In this document: positions 40,756-51,952 of the stretch, in pieces
How positions within the stretch are numbered: the first letter of the stretch is position 1
Layout: each line of letters starts with the position of its first letter
Assembly: GCA_963793865.1 (NCBI GenBank)
Contig: CAWCBP010000008.1
Coordinates: forward strand, 160,001-224,000
Source of the DNA: an uncultured delta proteobacterium
GTDB taxonomy: Bacteria; Desulfobacterota; WTBG01
Length of the DNA: 64,000 bases
Direction: 5' to 3'
Made by a program: the position numbers and the translations under genes
The notes under the pieces: model-generated
Database searches by the model: none
Told to the model about the DNA's origin: nothing
Seen by the model: only the letters and a program-made list of their open reading frames with translations

Positions 40756-41466
40756 TCATTTCTGATAGCTGAGTACCAGCCTCTTAAACGTCTCCGCGTA
40801 TGCGAAGGGCTTGCCCTCCGCCTGCTTTGAAGCCATTCGCTTGATGTTTTCGCGCCAGCCGGGCATTTGTGCAAGCTGGCTCTTGTGCTTCGCGATGGCA
40901 TCCAGTTTCTTTTCCATGACAGCGGAAATATCCACCACATGATCGGGCACCGGCGGAAAGGTAAAATATATTTCCAGCGGGGCATGGGGAGCAAGTTCCA
41001 GTTCCAGGAGGACCGGCATGAACAGGTGGTCGCGCGCGTACACCACCGCATCGGCGGCGGCGAAACCGACCGCGCGGTGGTCGGGATGTATCTGGTAAGG
41101 CCTCCAGGGGTCATGGGTGATGATGATATCGGGCCGGTTATTTCTGATCAGCAGGGCAATTTCATCGCGCAAGCCTTTGCAGTTGTCCAGCTCCCCGTCC
41201 GGGTGCCGCAAAAAAGTTATCCGTTGAACACCCAGCACCGCGGCCGCTTCTTTTTGCTCCTGTTCCCGTATCGCCGCAAGCTGAAAGGGGGTCATGGCAG
41301 TATCTTTGGTGCCCTTGTCCCCGGTTGAGCAGACGACGTAGCGCACTTCATGGCCCTGCTCGATCAATTTCAGAACCGTACCCGCCGATGAAAGTTCCGC
41401 GTCATCGGGATGAGCCATGACCAGGAGCACATTCTTCCCCGTCGGGGGTGCAGTTGTGGATGCCAT
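40756..41466 (-). CDS. PIG-L family N-acetylglucosaminyl deacetylase (MshB/BshB-like)
   Basis: AHPDDAE, TGDKG, HPDH, HKSQ. Confidence 0.92.
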   Translation of the reverse strand: MASTTAPPTGKNVLLVMAHPDDAELSSAGTVLKLIEQGHEVRYVVCSTGDKGTKDTAMTPFQLAAIREQEQKEAAAVLGVQRITFLRHPDGELDNCKGLRDEIALLIRNNRPDIIITHDPWRPYQIHPDHRAVGFAAADAVVYARDHLFMPVLLELELAPHAPLEIYFTFPPVPDHVVDISAVMEKKLDAIAKHKSQLAQMPGWRENIKRMASKQAEGKPFAYAETFKRLVLSYQK

Positions 41467-41484
41467 ACATTTTCCTGATGTGGA

Positions 41485-42807
41485 TTAAACTGCGCCGCAG
41501 GTGATTGCCGGCAGGGCAGCTTCGGCCCCGGCATCGCGGCAGAAGGGCAGCAGGAGTTGCGCGCTTTCGATCCGTTTGTCACTCAGCGTGAGGTAGATCT
41601 CGAGAATCCGGTCGGCAATGGCATGCCAGCCATAGAGCAGCGATCGCTCGCGGGCATTCCATCCCATGGTTTCCCTGAGCGAGGGATTGCCGAGCAGCAG
41701 GCATATCTTTCCCGCCAGCGCCTGCTCATTTCCTTCGGGGACCACAAAGCCGCAGCGTTCATCCTGGATGAGCGAAGTCAGACCGCCGACGTGTGAGGCG
41801 ATGACGGGGGTTCCGCAGGCCATGGCCTCCAGGGCCACCATTCCGAACGATTCATAGCGTGAGGGCAGAACGCATACCTCCGCGGCGGAATAATAGTGGG
41901 GCAGGCGGTCCTGTCTTTGGGATCCCAGAAACGTTACCGTATTTTCAAGCTTCAGCTCGGCTGTCATTCGTTTCAGCCGGCTGATTTCACCGTTTTCCGA
42001 GTAATCAATGCTGTCTTTATCTCCCCCCACGATGAGGAGTTCGGCATTGTAATCACTGCCCATCTCCCGCCTCACGATGACCATGGCCTTGAGAAGGGTA
42101 TCAATACCCTTTACAGGGTCGATGCGCCCGACGAAGAGAATCAGCTTTTTGTCTGGCAGTCTGAGATGCTTTTTCGAAGCAGTGCAGTCAAGCGGCCTGA
42201 ACATCTGTGTGTCCACTCCACAGGGCACCACCGAAATCTTCTCCGGAGGTGCGCCATAGGCCCGGATCATGTCCACCTTTTCCGGCAGGCTGGAAACGGT
42301 GATGTGATCGGACTCGGCTACCAGCTGCTGCTCCACCTGCAGGCGCACCTCGGGCTCCTGCCCGCCCAGCGATTGAGTGGCCCTGTTTTTGAAGTAGCCG
42401 ACGGTGTGAAACATGTGCAGCTGCGGCACTCCCCAGCGCTTGCCCAGCCGGGCTCCCACCCAGCCGGACAGCCAGTAATGGCTGTGAATAAGCCGGTAGC
42501 TGATGTTCTCGCCGAGCCGGAACTGCTCGAGGTTATCCAGGAATTCAGGCAGATGAAACCAGACGCGGTTTTTATCGTAGGGAGATTCGGGCCCGGCCTT
42601 GAGGTGGACGATTCTGACCCCTTCAACGAAGGGGACAACCGCCGGGACAAGCCGGTTCATGGAACGGGTGAAGATGTCGACCGTACATCCTTTCTCTGCA
42701 AGGGCCTTGCTGAGCTCCCGGATATACACATTCATCCCCCCGGTTTCCTTGCCGCCCAGGGCGGCAAGAGGGCAACTGTGGACGCTGAGCATGGCGATTC
42801 GACTCAT
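41485..42807 (-). CDS. GT4 glycosyltransferase, MshA-like
   Basis: MLSVHSCPL...GGMNVY, HSHYWLSG, HMFHT, VGRIDPVKG, ESFGMVALEAMACG. Confidence 0.9.
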   Translation of the reverse strand: MSRIAMLSVHSCPLAALGGKETGGMNVYIRELSKALAEKGCTVDIFTRSMNRLVPAVVPFVEGVRIVHLKAGPESPYDKNRVWFHLPEFLDNLEQFRLGENISYRLIHSHYWLSGWVGARLGKRWGVPQLHMFHTVGYFKNRATQSLGGQEPEVRLQVEQQLVAESDHITVSSLPEKVDMIRAYGAPPEKISVVPCGVDTQMFRPLDCTASKKHLRLPDKKLILFVGRIDPVKGIDTLLKAMVIVRREMGSDYNAELLIVGGDKDSIDYSENGEISRLKRMTAELKLENTVTFLGSQRQDRLPHYYSAAEVCVLPSRYESFGMVALEAMACGTPVIASHVGGLTSLIQDERCGFVVPEGNEQALAGKICLLLGNPSLRETMGWNARERSLLYGWHAIADRILEIYLTLSDKRIESAQLLLPFCRDAGAEAALPAITCGAV

Positions 42808-42811
42808 GGGG

Positions 42812-43879
42812 TTATTCTCCACGGTGGCTGCAGGTCAGGGTATAAATATGATGGTCACGGCCGCCGAAGCGGTACTTGTATGTCTCATTCCCCCGCAGGA
42901 ACTCGAAGCGCCTGATTCCGCGCTTTATGGCGTCTTCAATACACATGGCTATGGCGACGATGCCGGGGCTCACCTGCGCGTACCGGTTGTCATAAGCAGC
43001 GTTGTAGAGATACAAGGTATGATCGTAAACGAAGCAGAAAAGATACGCGATTGCCCTTTTGTTTAAGGACAGCCGGTACAGATCCAGCCATCCCCTGCCG
43101 GAAAACTCTTCCGCCAGTGAAAGGAAAAAAGCTTCCCGTTCAGGTGTGAGGAATGAGCGCTTCATGCCGCCGCTTGCGCGGAACAGATCGAGGAAAAAGG
43201 GCATGGCGGCCATCACCTGCGAGGGCCCGCTCACGCGCTCGAAATCCAGCGCTCCCTCCTTTTCAGCCCTTCTTTTTTTGCGCCGTATTTCGTGCCGGTC
43301 TTTGGCGTCGAGGCTGTCGAGATAGGCATCGAAATCGGGGGGAAGATCCATGCGCGGGGCGGTATCTTCCGGCTCGATATGCACCTCAATGTCTTTCCTC
43401 CGGGCAAGGTTATTGAAACATGAAAGAGCGGGGGAGTGGTGCTGGAGTGAGCTGAGGGTAAGGGCCGCTCCGCGGTGCGATTGCCGCATCAGGTAGGAAA
43501 TGAGCGCATCATAAAAGCGTGATTCATCACCTTCCGCAACAATGCAATCACGGTAATCACAGAAATCGGGGCTGCCAAGCAGCATCAGCGCCGTGTGGTC
43601 ATCGGCGCCCGCGGAACAGAGGGGGGCGATGCCGCACAGGCCGCCATCGGCCTCGTACAGGGCAAGAATTTTTAATCGGCGGTCCTGGTGCCAATAGCGC
43701 CACCAGAGCTGGTGCCATGAGGCAGTGAGGAAGGGATTGCCGGTAGCGCAGCGCAATGACAGCTCGTTCCACTCCGCGGAGAGGGTGCTGAGAATTGAGG
43801 GATGACTGAACTCCCGGACCGTGAGATCGGGCGATGCTTTTGTGTCTGCCGGGTTCATTACCAGGGCTGCATGATTCAT
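42812..43879 (-). CDS. GNAT-superfamily acyltransferase (CelD/BcsL, Acetyltransf_6-like)
   Basis: NPFLTASW, DYRD, SPGIV, FEFLRGNETYKYRFG. Confidence 0.85.
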   Translation of the reverse strand: MNHAALVMNPADTKASPDLTVREFSHPSILSTLSAEWNELSLRCATGNPFLTASWHQLWWRYWHQDRRLKILALYEADGGLCGIAPLCSAGADDHTALMLLGSPDFCDYRDCIVAEGDESRFYDALISYLMRQSHRGAALTLSSLQHHSPALSCFNNLARRKDIEVHIEPEDTAPRMDLPPDFDAYLDSLDAKDRHEIRRKKRRAEKEGALDFERVSGPSQVMAAMPFFLDLFRASGGMKRSFLTPEREAFFLSLAEEFSGRGWLDLYRLSLNKRAIAYLFCFVYDHTLYLYNAAYDNRYAQVSPGIVAIAMCIEDAIKRGIRRFEFLRGNETYKYRFGGRDHHIYTLTCSHRGE

Positions 43880-44077
43880 GGTAACTTCCTGTAACCAAAT
43901 GGGCAGAATCGGCTCCCGGGCTGCTCATCAATTTACTGAGTCCGGACAGCACGGGGAGAGGATGGAGGGGCACGGAGCAAAAAAAAATAACCTGTTTCCT
44001 GAATTGTGTGCGGAACGATGTTCCGGCGCTTGTAAGTAAAAACCACGGAGCGGAGGTGTTTTTTTTGCCTCCTCCGG

Positions 44078-44293
44078 CTATCTTTTAAGCAGTGTGAGCG
44101 AGCTCGCTTTCCTGACCCTGGATTTTCTCGCGGACTGAATGGTGCCGATTTTTTTCTCGTACTTGCTCATCACCAGATCGAGCCCTTCCCGTATGTACAC
44201 CGCCTGCGGCACCCTGGTTTTTTCTGAAAGCAGCTTAAGCCGTTCGACCTGCTGCATATCGAGATAAACGCTGCGCAATGCCTTTTTGCCCAT
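44078..44293 (-). CDS. Ribbon-helix-helix DNA-binding protein
   Basis: SVYLDMQQVERLKLLSEKTRVPQAVYIREGLD. Confidence 0.85.
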   Translation of the reverse strand: MGKKALRSVYLDMQQVERLKLLSEKTRVPQAVYIREGLDLVMSKYEKKIGTIQSARKSRVRKASSLTLLKR

Positions 44294-44310
44294 GCATCAT
44301 CACCCCTTTC

Positions 44311-44351
44311 TTGCCTGTACATACCATATTTTATTTATATGTACAAGTCAA
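44311..44351 (-). promoter_or_regulatory. Sigma70 promoter overlapped by an inverted-repeat operator
   Basis: TTGACT-17 nt-TATGGT on the minus strand, within TGTACATA...TATGTACA. Confidence 0.6.
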
Positions 44352-44463
44352 CCGCTAATCGGGATTTATCCCGGCAGACGAAGCGCATTATAAAGAAAGG
44401 GCGGCCGGCCGGCCGCCCCTGCTTGTGGAAACCATATGATGGAATTCTGATGGAACTCCCGTG

Positions 44464-45597
44464 TTATTTAATCTGAAAATCAGGCTTCAGCTTGAAGGCA
44501 TCATTGGACTTCTGCATCGGGGAGGAAAACTCATCCCCGCTCTTGTCAATTTTAATCCTGAGCCGGATGTCATTAACGCTGTCCGCGTAGGCCAGGGCGT
44601 TGTCATAGCTTATGCGGCCTTCCTTGTAGAGGTCGAAAAGCGCCTGGTCGAAGGTATGCATTCCTTCAACGCCGCCGTGCGCCATGGCCTCCTTAAGCAG
44701 GTCGATCTCGCTCTTGTAGATGAGGTCCTTGACCCGCGGCGTGTCCAGAAGGACTTCCGTGGCCGCCACCCGCTTTTCGTTTACGGAGGGAACCAGCCGC
44801 TGTGAAATGATGCCCTTGAGATTAAGGGAGAGCTGGAGCAGTATCTGCTCGTGCCGCTCGTGGGGGAAGAAGTTCAGGATGCGCTCCATGGCCTGGTTGG
44901 CGTTGTTGGAGTGCAGGGTGGCCAGCACCAGATGGCCGGTTTCGGCAAAGGTGATGCCCGCTTCCATGGTTTCAGTGTCGCGTATTTCACCCACCAGGAT
45001 CACATCGGGGGCGGCGCGCATGGCGTTCTTCAAGGCATTGGAAAAGGAAAGGGTATCCAGGCCCAGCTCGCGCTGGGAGACAATCATCTGCTTGTGGGAA
45101 TGAATGAACTCAATGGGATCCTCGATGGTGATGATGTGGCCGGTCGAATTTTCATTGCGGTAATCGATCATGGCCGCCAGGGTGGTTGATTTCCCGGTGC
45201 CCGTTCTCCCCACCACCAGCACCAGGCCCCGCTTGCACATGCTAATGTCCTTGAGAATGGGAGGCAGTCCCAGATCGTCGATGGTGCTGATTTCCATTTT
45301 GATCTGGCGGATGACGATGGCGGTATATCCCTTCTGCCGGAAGATGTTGACGCGGAACCGTCCCAGCTCAGGATAGTAGAGTGCCAGGTTCATTTCCATG
45401 CTTTCGGCGAATTTAATCTTCTGCTTTTCGGTCATGATCGACGCCGCAATCTCTTCCGCCTGGGCGGGGGTCACCTTCTCGTTTCCGTAGGGCCTGGTGA
45501 TGCCCTCGGTGCGGAACATGGGGGGGCTGTCCACGGTGAGGTAGATGTCAGATGAGTTCCCCTTTACCATCACGTTCAATAATTCTCTGATATTCAT
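44464..45597 (-). CDS. pilU: Type IV pilus retraction ATPase PilU
   Basis: GRTGTGKST, EDPIEF, GEIRD, ETGH, LHSNNANQA, GMHTFDQ. Confidence 0.9.
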   Translation of the reverse strand: MNIRELLNVMVKGNSSDIYLTVDSPPMFRTEGITRPYGNEKVTPAQAEEIAASIMTEKQKIKFAESMEMNLALYYPELGRFRVNIFRQKGYTAIVIRQIKMEISTIDDLGLPPILKDISMCKRGLVLVVGRTGTGKSTTLAAMIDYRNENSTGHIITIEDPIEFIHSHKQMIVSQRELGLDTLSFSNALKNAMRAAPDVILVGEIRDTETMEAGITFAETGHLVLATLHSNNANQAMERILNFFPHERHEQILLQLSLNLKGIISQRLVPSVNEKRVAATEVLLDTPRVKDLIYKSEIDLLKEAMAHGGVEGMHTFDQALFDLYKEGRISYDNALAYADSVNDIRLRIKIDKSGDEFSSPMQKSNDAFKLKPDFQIK

Positions 45598-45638
45598 GGG
45601 TGTCTCCTGCTGGTGACCTCTCGTTCACGATCCCCGCT

Positions 45639-46706
45639 TTACTGGGGGGTCTTGGTTAAATCCGCCAGGATGGGCTGCGCCTCGTCGGCGGTTATGAGCC
45701 TTCGGGTCAGGAGGTTCTTGACGGCCATATCCATGGTCTGCATGCCGAACTGCTGGCCCGTTTGCAGCGTGGATACGATCTGGGCGGTCTTGGATTCGCG
45801 GATGAGATTGCGTATGGCGGAGGTGCAGATCATGATTTCAAGGGCGGGAATTCTGCCCTCCCCGCCGGGCCGCTTCAAGAGGATCTGCGATATGACCGCG
45901 AACAGGGTTTCTGAAAGCATGGTCCTGGTCTGGGCCTGCTGGCTGGGGGGGAAAACGTCCACGATGCGGTCTATGGTTTTCGGCGCGCTGCTGGTGTGCA
46001 GCGTGGCAAACACCAGATGGCCGGTCTCGGAGGCGGTGAGCGCCAGGGAAATGGTTTCCAGATCCCGCATTTCTCCCACCAGGATGACATCGGGGTCTTC
46101 GCGCAGCGCGCTGCGCAGTGCATTGGCAAAGGAATGGGTGTGCGCCCCCACTTCCCTCTGGTTGACCAGGCACTTTTTTGACTGATGGATGAATTCTATG
46201 GGATCCTCAATGGTGATGATGTGCTTGCTGGTGTTGCTGTTGATGGCGTCAATCATGGTTGCCAGGGTGGTGGACTTCCCGCAGCCGGTGGGACCGGTGA
46301 CCAGCACCAGGCCCTTTTCAGCCTTGGTGATGTCCCTGCATATTTTGGGCAGCCCCAGCTCGTCGAAGCTTTTTACCACGTTGGGAATGGTGCGCAGCAC
46401 GGCCGCTTTTCCCCGGTTCTGGATGAAAACATTGACCCTGAACCTGCCGTACTCACCCAGGGCAATGGAAAAATCGAGCTCACGGTGTTCCTCGAACAGC
46501 TTGCGCTGCTGGTCATTGAGAATGTCATAAATCATGGTATGTACTTCATCTTCGGTCAAGGGCTCCATGTCCAGCTTTCGTATGTCACCGTGTATCCTGA
46601 ACATGGGCGGCTCACCGGCACTGATGTGCAGGTCGGAGGCCGAGCTCTGAATGGCAAATTTTAAAAGCTCGGTCATGTCTATAATCTTATCCTGGACAGC
46701 TTCCAT
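45639..46706 (-). CDS. pilT: Type IV pilus retraction ATPase PilT
   Basis: SDLHISAG, GPTGCGKST, ALREDPD, GEMRD, AIRNLIRE. Confidence 0.95.
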   Translation of the reverse strand: MEAVQDKIIDMTELLKFAIQSSASDLHISAGEPPMFRIHGDIRKLDMEPLTEDEVHTMIYDILNDQQRKLFEEHRELDFSIALGEYGRFRVNVFIQNRGKAAVLRTIPNVVKSFDELGLPKICRDITKAEKGLVLVTGPTGCGKSTTLATMIDAINSNTSKHIITIEDPIEFIHQSKKCLVNQREVGAHTHSFANALRSALREDPDVILVGEMRDLETISLALTASETGHLVFATLHTSSAPKTIDRIVDVFPPSQQAQTRTMLSETLFAVISQILLKRPGGEGRIPALEIMICTSAIRNLIRESKTAQIVSTLQTGQQFGMQTMDMAVKNLLTRRLITADEAQPILADLTKTPQ

Positions 46707-46774
46707 TGATTGTACCCCTTTCGCCTGCCGCAACAGTGTTCTTATTATATGTTCATACTATCTGTGACTTTTAT

Positions 46775-46841
46775 TGTCATTTCGAAGGAGCATGCGCGAC
46801 TGAGAAATCTTATGAGATTTCTCACATGCGTTCGAAATGAC
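46775..46841. repeat. TGTCAT-tagged REP-like palindrome
   Basis: gtcatttcgaa ... tgagaaatct-tatg-agatttctca ... ttcgaaatgac. Confidence 0.7.
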
Positions 46842-47067
46842 GGTGACCCAATAAATCGAGAGAAAAATTAAATGGGGTGTCCCGCTTTTTTTTCGCATTA
46901 CGGTATACAGTCCGTACTCTATACGTATCGGAAAAAGTTATTTTTTCTTCACCACTTTTTCATGCGGGGATGGAAAAAACCCGTGGGTCGTGCGGCAGCA
47001 TAAAAGCGATGAAAGCGGGCACAAACGGATATGTAAGGGGTATGCAGTGAGGATGGAAAGCGGTTGT

Positions 47068-47451
47068 TCAGCCGAGAAGTTTACGCAGGGCGAGGAGTTC
47101 TTCTTTGATTTCCTTTAAAATGGCCAGGTGGTCATGCTGGTCTTTTTTGACGGTAAAATCCAGGTCGAGCTGCTTTTTGTCCTGGACCCTTTTATCCTGC
47201 AGTTTTCTGCGTGCGCCGGCGATGGTGAGCTTTTCCTCGTACAGCATGCGCTTTATTTCCAGGATGCTCTCCACGTCCTTTCTCCGGTATACCCTTTGAT
47301 TGGACTGTGTCCGGGAGGGCTTGATGGACTTGAATTCCGACTCCCAGTAGCGTATGACATACGGCTCCATCCCCGTGATTTCGCTCACCTCGCCGATTTT
47401 GAAATAGAGCTTGCTGGGGATGATTACGTTTGCAGTTTCCGGTTTCGACAT
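47068..47451 (-). CDS. MerR family transcriptional regulator
   Basis: KLYFKIGEVSE...IRYWESEF...LTIAGAR, in its usual position after ihfA. Confidence 0.92.
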   Translation of the reverse strand: MSKPETANVIIPSKLYFKIGEVSEITGMEPYVIRYWESEFKSIKPSRTQSNQRVYRRKDVESILEIKRMLYEEKLTIAGARRKLQDKRVQDKKQLDLDFTVKKDQHDHLAILKEIKEELLALRKLLG

Positions 47452-47540
47452 ATATCAGCCGTGCAAATATGTTCACTTCAGTTCAGCACCGCGGCTGTCG
47501 CGGGCCGGGAATCGTTCCATGTTTCCCGAAGTCGGCAGAT

Positions 47541-47816
47541 TCAATTGCTGAGCGCTTTTTTTAAAACCGGGCTTGCCTTAAAGGTAAGCACTTTTCTCGC
47601 GGTAATCTCAATTTCGCTGCCGGTTTGCGGGTTTCTTCCCCTGCGGGTTCTCTTCTGGCGTACCACAAAGTTACCGAACCGGGATATCTTTACCTTTTCA
47701 CCCTTTTCAAGGGTTGCCTTGATGGTCTCGAAGACCAGTTCGACGATGCTGTTGGCCTCTTTTTTTGACAGGCCTACTTTTTCATATACGCTCTCAATTA
47801 TGTCCGCCTTTGTCAT
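47541..47816 (-). CDS. ihfA: Integration host factor alpha subunit
   Basis: MTKAD..., RRGRNPQTG; directly after pheT. Confidence 0.93.
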   Translation of the reverse strand: MTKADIIESVYEKVGLSKKEANSIVELVFETIKATLEKGEKVKISRFGNFVVRQKRTRRGRNPQTGSEIEITARKVLTFKASPVLKKALSN

Positions 47817-47850
47817 CCCTTCTACCTCCTTGCAGCGCAGGTTCCCGTTT

Positions 47851-50265
47851 TTATTTCCGTAGTTCCGCACCCAGCTCACAGCACAGGACCTGTACCAGTT
47901 CCTCGTGCCATCTGTTCACCTCCCGGTCGGTCAGGGTGTGATCATACGATTGATATTTTATCCGGTAGCCGAGGCTTTTCTTGCCCGGGGGAATCGATGA
48001 TCCCTTATAGTAATCAAAAACTCTGATTTCTTCAATATATTTGTTTTTAAATCGACCTATTATATCCCATATGCGCTGCCCCGGGATGCCCTCGTCCATG
48101 ACCAGGGCGATGTCCCTGTTGACGGGGGGATACTTCGGCAGCGAGTGGAATGTCCGCTCTTCTTTAAAGCGGGGCAGCAGGTGTACGAGGGTGAGTTCGA
48201 AGAGGTATATCTTTTGGGAAAATCCGAACCGTTCGGCTATGGCAGGGTGCAGCTCCCCGATACTTCCCGCTCTTTCCCCATCCAGCACCAGGTCCAGTGC
48301 CCGGTGCTGATGGAGAAACCGGCTTTGCCCTGATGGCTCTAATGCGAAGCCGGCGCCAAGAAGTTCCCGGAGCAGCCCTTCCACGCAGCCCCTGATGTCG
48401 AAGAAGTCGGCCTCGCGCGGCTTCCTGTTCCACAGCTCTTCCTCGTTCAGGCCGGTCAGCAATCCTGCCGCCGCTTTCTCCTCCCGGGGAAGTTTTTTAT
48501 CTTTCTCGGGCAGGAAGACAGGGCCCACTTCAAAAAGCTTAAGATTCAGGTTTTTCTGGTTGATGTTCCGTTGCGCCGTTGCAAGAAGTCCCGGCACAAG
48601 GGTGGTCCGCATGCAGGACTGTTCCTCGGTCAGGGGATTAAGAATGGTCAGGGGCTTCAGGCGGGGATCATCATCCGCAAGGTTCAGGGCGGCCAGCTCG
48701 GCCGGAGAAATGAAGCTGTATGTCAGTATTTCGTGGTAGCCCTGACGGGTCAGGCAGTCCCTGATCTTCTTTTCCATGGACCGCGCCCTGTTTTTGTCCT
48801 GCGGCAGCGGGGAGACAAGCGGAAGGGTTTCAGGGACGCTGTCGTAGCCGCGAAGCCGGGCCACCTCTTCGATCAGATCGATGCCCTCCCCGATATCCAC
48901 CCTGAAGGAGGGGGGTGTGGCGGTAACGGCGTCCCCTTCCGCGTCGGTGACGGAGAAGCCTAAATCAGCAAGCGTCTGCTTGATCTCATCCCGGGAGAAG
49001 CGGGTGCCCAGCACCCGGTTTGTTCTGGCGGTGCTCAGGCTGATGGCCGCCGCAGGTTTGGGTGGAACAGGCCTGTTATCGATAAGGCCCGGACTGACGG
49101 TGCCGCCGGCATAGGAGGCCATCAACCCGGCTGCCCGGTTCATTGCCCTGATGACCCCTTCCGGGTCCACCCCCTTCTCGAACCGCTGTGAGGCCTCGGT
49201 ACGAATGTCCATCTTTCTCGAGGTGGCAAGAATCCCGGCCGGGGTAAAATAGGCGCTTTCCAGAAGGATGGTGGTCGTCTCCGGTGAAACCTCGCTGTTG
49301 AGGCCGCCCATGATGCCGGCAAGGGCGACGGGCCTTTTTGCTCCATCGCAGATCATCAGCGCGTCCTCCGGAAGCATCCGTTCCTTGCCGTCAAGGGTGG
49401 TGAAGGAGGTTCCGGCGTCGGCGCGCTTTACAACAATCCTTTTTTCGCCGAGCAGGTTCAGGTCAAAGGCGTGGAGCGGCTGTCCCGTCTCCAGCAGCAC
49501 GTAATTGGTGGCGTCAACGATGTTGTTGATGGACCTCATCCCGCAGGCCTCGAGTCGCCTTCTCATCCACAGGGGAGACGGGCCTATGGTTACCCCGGTG
49601 ATGATGCGCGCGCAGTAGCGGGGGCAGAGATCGGGGGCTTCAATGGTGACGGAGGTAATGCGGGAAATGTGCTCCCCGCCTTCCGTGATCGCGGGATCGG
49701 GAATGAGCAGCGGCCTGCGGGTGATGGCGGACACCTCGCGGGCAATCCCCAGCATGCTGAGGCAGTCGGGACGATTGGGGGTCAGGCTCACGTCGAGAAT
49801 GAAATCCTTCAAGCCCAGGGCCTGGGCCAGGCCCTGCCCCGCCGCGGTGTCGGGGGGAAGAATCATCACTCCCGAGCCGTCATTTCCGATAAGCAGCTCC
49901 GTCTCCGAGCAGAGCATGCCCTCTGAAACCTCGCCCCGTATTTTTGTCTTTTTGATGGTGGTGCCGCCGGGAAGGCGCGTGCCGTGGAGGGCCAGAGGCG
50001 CTTTATCCCCCGGCCGGATGTTGCGCGCGCCGCACACGATGCTGTGAACCGCTCCGCCGCTGTCAACCGTGCAGAGCGACAGCTTGTCCGCCCCGGGGTG
50101 GGGTTGCACGGAAGTGATCTGTCCGACGATAACCCCCTCCAGCTCTCCGCCCTGCTCAAGGCAGTTTTCCACTTCGCTGCCGGAAAGGGTGAGCATCTCC
50201 CCCAGTTCTTTAGCGGTTGCATCGACGGAAACAAACTCTTTTAACCAGTTGAGGCTTACCAGCAT
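47851..50265 (-). CDS. pheT: Phenylalanine--tRNA ligase beta subunit
   Basis: [40 protein letters not shown]. Confidence 0.98.
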   Translation of the reverse strand: MLVSLNWLKEFVSVDATAKELGEMLTLSGSEVENCLEQGGELEGVIVGQITSVQPHPGADKLSLCTVDSGGAVHSIVCGARNIRPGDKAPLALHGTRLPGGTTIKKTKIRGEVSEGMLCSETELLIGNDGSGVMILPPDTAAGQGLAQALGLKDFILDVSLTPNRPDCLSMLGIAREVSAITRRPLLIPDPAITEGGEHISRITSVTIEAPDLCPRYCARIITGVTIGPSPLWMRRRLEACGMRSINNIVDATNYVLLETGQPLHAFDLNLLGEKRIVVKRADAGTSFTTLDGKERMLPEDALMICDGAKRPVALAGIMGGLNSEVSPETTTILLESAYFTPAGILATSRKMDIRTEASQRFEKGVDPEGVIRAMNRAAGLMASYAGGTVSPGLIDNRPVPPKPAAAISLSTARTNRVLGTRFSRDEIKQTLADLGFSVTDAEGDAVTATPPSFRVDIGEGIDLIEEVARLRGYDSVPETLPLVSPLPQDKNRARSMEKKIRDCLTRQGYHEILTYSFISPAELAALNLADDDPRLKPLTILNPLTEEQSCMRTTLVPGLLATAQRNINQKNLNLKLFEVGPVFLPEKDKKLPREEKAAAGLLTGLNEEELWNRKPREADFFDIRGCVEGLLRELLGAGFALEPSGQSRFLHQHRALDLVLDGERAGSIGELHPAIAERFGFSQKIYLFELTLVHLLPRFKEERTFHSLPKYPPVNRDIALVMDEGIPGQRIWDIIGRFKNKYIEEIRVFDYYKGSSIPPGKKSLGYRIKYQSYDHTLTDREVNRWHEELVQVLCCELGAELRK

Positions 50266-50287
50266 GGAGGATGATTGGGTACGGTGT

Positions 50288-51304
50288 TTAAAATTGTTCT
50301 AAAAATCTGGTGTCGTTTTCGAAGAACAGGCGGATGTCATCGATGCCGTATTTCAGCATGGCAATCCGTTCGATGCCCATGCCGAAGGCGAAGCCGGTCA
50401 CCTGGTCGGGGTCGTAGCCGACCATCCTGAAAACGGCCGGGTGAACCATGCCCGAGCCCAGTATTTCCAGCCATCCGGATCCGGAGCAAACCCTGCAGCC
50501 GCTGCCCTTGCAGATGACGCAGCGTATGTCGATTTCGGCGCTCGGTTCGGTGAAGGGGAAAAAGCTGGGGCGGAAGCGGAGTGCGCAATCCTCCCCGAAC
50601 ATGCGGCGGGCAAACACGGTCAGCACCCCTTTCAGGTGGCTGAAGGAAATGGATTCTCCCACCATGAACCCCTCCACCTGGTGAAACATGGGGGTGTGGG
50701 AGACATCCGAATCCCGGCGGTAGGCCGTTCCGGGTGAGATGATGCTTACCGGGGGCTTCAGCTTTTCCATGGTCCTGATCTGGACGGGAGAGGTGTGAGT
50801 TCTCAGGAGAACATCTTCGGTTATATAGAAGGTGTCGTGCATGGCGCGGGCGGGATGGTGGGGAGGCATGTTCAGCGCTTCGAAATTGTAGAAGTCCAGC
50901 TCCACCTCGGGCCCCTCCGCGATCTGAAAGCCCATGGCGGTGAATATGGCGGTTATCTCTTCGGTGACCTGGGTGATGGGGTGCCGCTTCCCGGGGGAAA
51001 GGCATCTCCCCGGCAGGGTGATATCAATCTCCTCTTTTCGGTATGCGGCCTCCTGCTCCCGGGCGGTGATGACGGCAAGGCGCCCCTCTATGCCCTGTTC
51101 GATGGACTGCTTGGTGCGGTTGATGAGCTGGCCCATGGCGGGCCGTTCAGCTTCGGGGAGCTTTCCGAGCTGCCTGATGAGAAGGGTCAGCTTTCCGCTG
51201 CGCCCGAGAAACTCCGCCTTGATCTGCAGAAGCCCCTTTTTATCAGCGGCCGCGGCAAGCGCACGTTCTGCTTCGGAAGCAAGATGTGCAAGCTGTTCCT
51301 TCAT
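50288..51304 (-). CDS. pheS: Phenylalanine--tRNA ligase alpha subunit
   Basis: [33 protein letters not shown]. Confidence 0.98.
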   Translation of the reverse strand: MKEQLAHLASEAERALAAAADKKGLLQIKAEFLGRSGKLTLLIRQLGKLPEAERPAMGQLINRTKQSIEQGIEGRLAVITAREQEAAYRKEEIDITLPGRCLSPGKRHPITQVTEEITAIFTAMGFQIAEGPEVELDFYNFEALNMPPHHPARAMHDTFYITEDVLLRTHTSPVQIRTMEKLKPPVSIISPGTAYRRDSDVSHTPMFHQVEGFMVGESISFSHLKGVLTVFARRMFGEDCALRFRPSFFPFTEPSAEIDIRCVICKGSGCRVCSGSGWLEILGSGMVHPAVFRMVGYDPDQVTGFAFGMGIERIAMLKYGIDDIRLFFENDTRFLEQF

Positions 51305-51330
51305 GGCAGTGCGGGGCACTCGGCGCGGGT

Positions 51331-51684
51331 TTAGATGTTTTCTTTGGCCAGGGTTGTAATCTTTGAAAAGGCCTGAGGGTCTGATATGGCCAGGTCTGCC
51401 AGCAGTTTTCTGTCGAGGATGACTTCCGCCTTTTTGAGCCCTTTGATGAATTGACTGTAGGTGAGGCCGTTGAGCTTTACGGCGGCAGTAATCCTGGTAA
51501 TCCACACGCTTCTGAAATTTCTCTTTTTTACCCTTCGATCCCGGTACGCGTACTTGAGTGCCCGGTCAACTGCCTCCCGGGCGCTGCGCAGGAGGGTGCC
51601 GCGCGCACCCTGGTAGCCCTTGGCCTGTTTTAAAATCTTTTTTCTTCTTTTGCGTGCGTTCACGCCTCTTTTGACTCGTGGCAT
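51331..51684 (-). CDS. rplT: 50S ribosomal protein L20
   Basis: [23 protein letters not shown]. Confidence 0.99.
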   Translation of the reverse strand: MPRVKRGVNARKRRKKILKQAKGYQGARGTLLRSAREAVDRALKYAYRDRRVKKRNFRSVWITRITAAVKLNGLTYSQFIKGLKKAEVILDRKLLADLAISDPQAFSKITTLAKENI

Positions 51685-51754
51685 GTGCTTAGTGCCCTTT
51701 CCTGATGCGGTTCATACGGTTGGTGACCATTCGACCGGCGTGATGCGCCCTGTC

Positions 51755-51952
51755 CTACAGATAGGGCATCATCCGCCTGATTTTTTTGGCGTCAACGGCG
51801 CTGACGGTGCTGCTTTTGCGGAGGCCCCGTTTCCGCTTGGGGGATTTGGAGGTTAAGATGTGGCTGGCGTAGGCCTTCTGCCTCTTTATCTTGCCACTTT
51901 TTGTTTTTCCGAATCGTTTGGCAGCGCCCTTATTTGTTTTGATTTTAGGCAT
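51755..51952 (-). CDS. rpmI: 50S ribosomal protein L35
   Basis: [14 protein letters not shown]. Confidence 0.98.
   Translation of the reverse strand: MPKIKTNKGAAKRFGKTKSGKIKRQKAYASHILTSKSPKRKRGLRKSSTVSAVDAKKIRRMMPYL

Noticed and set aside
40602..41114. 336-aa extended nitroreductase
   Set aside because: The extension overlaps the PIG-L gene and a repeat; the domain starts at 40601.
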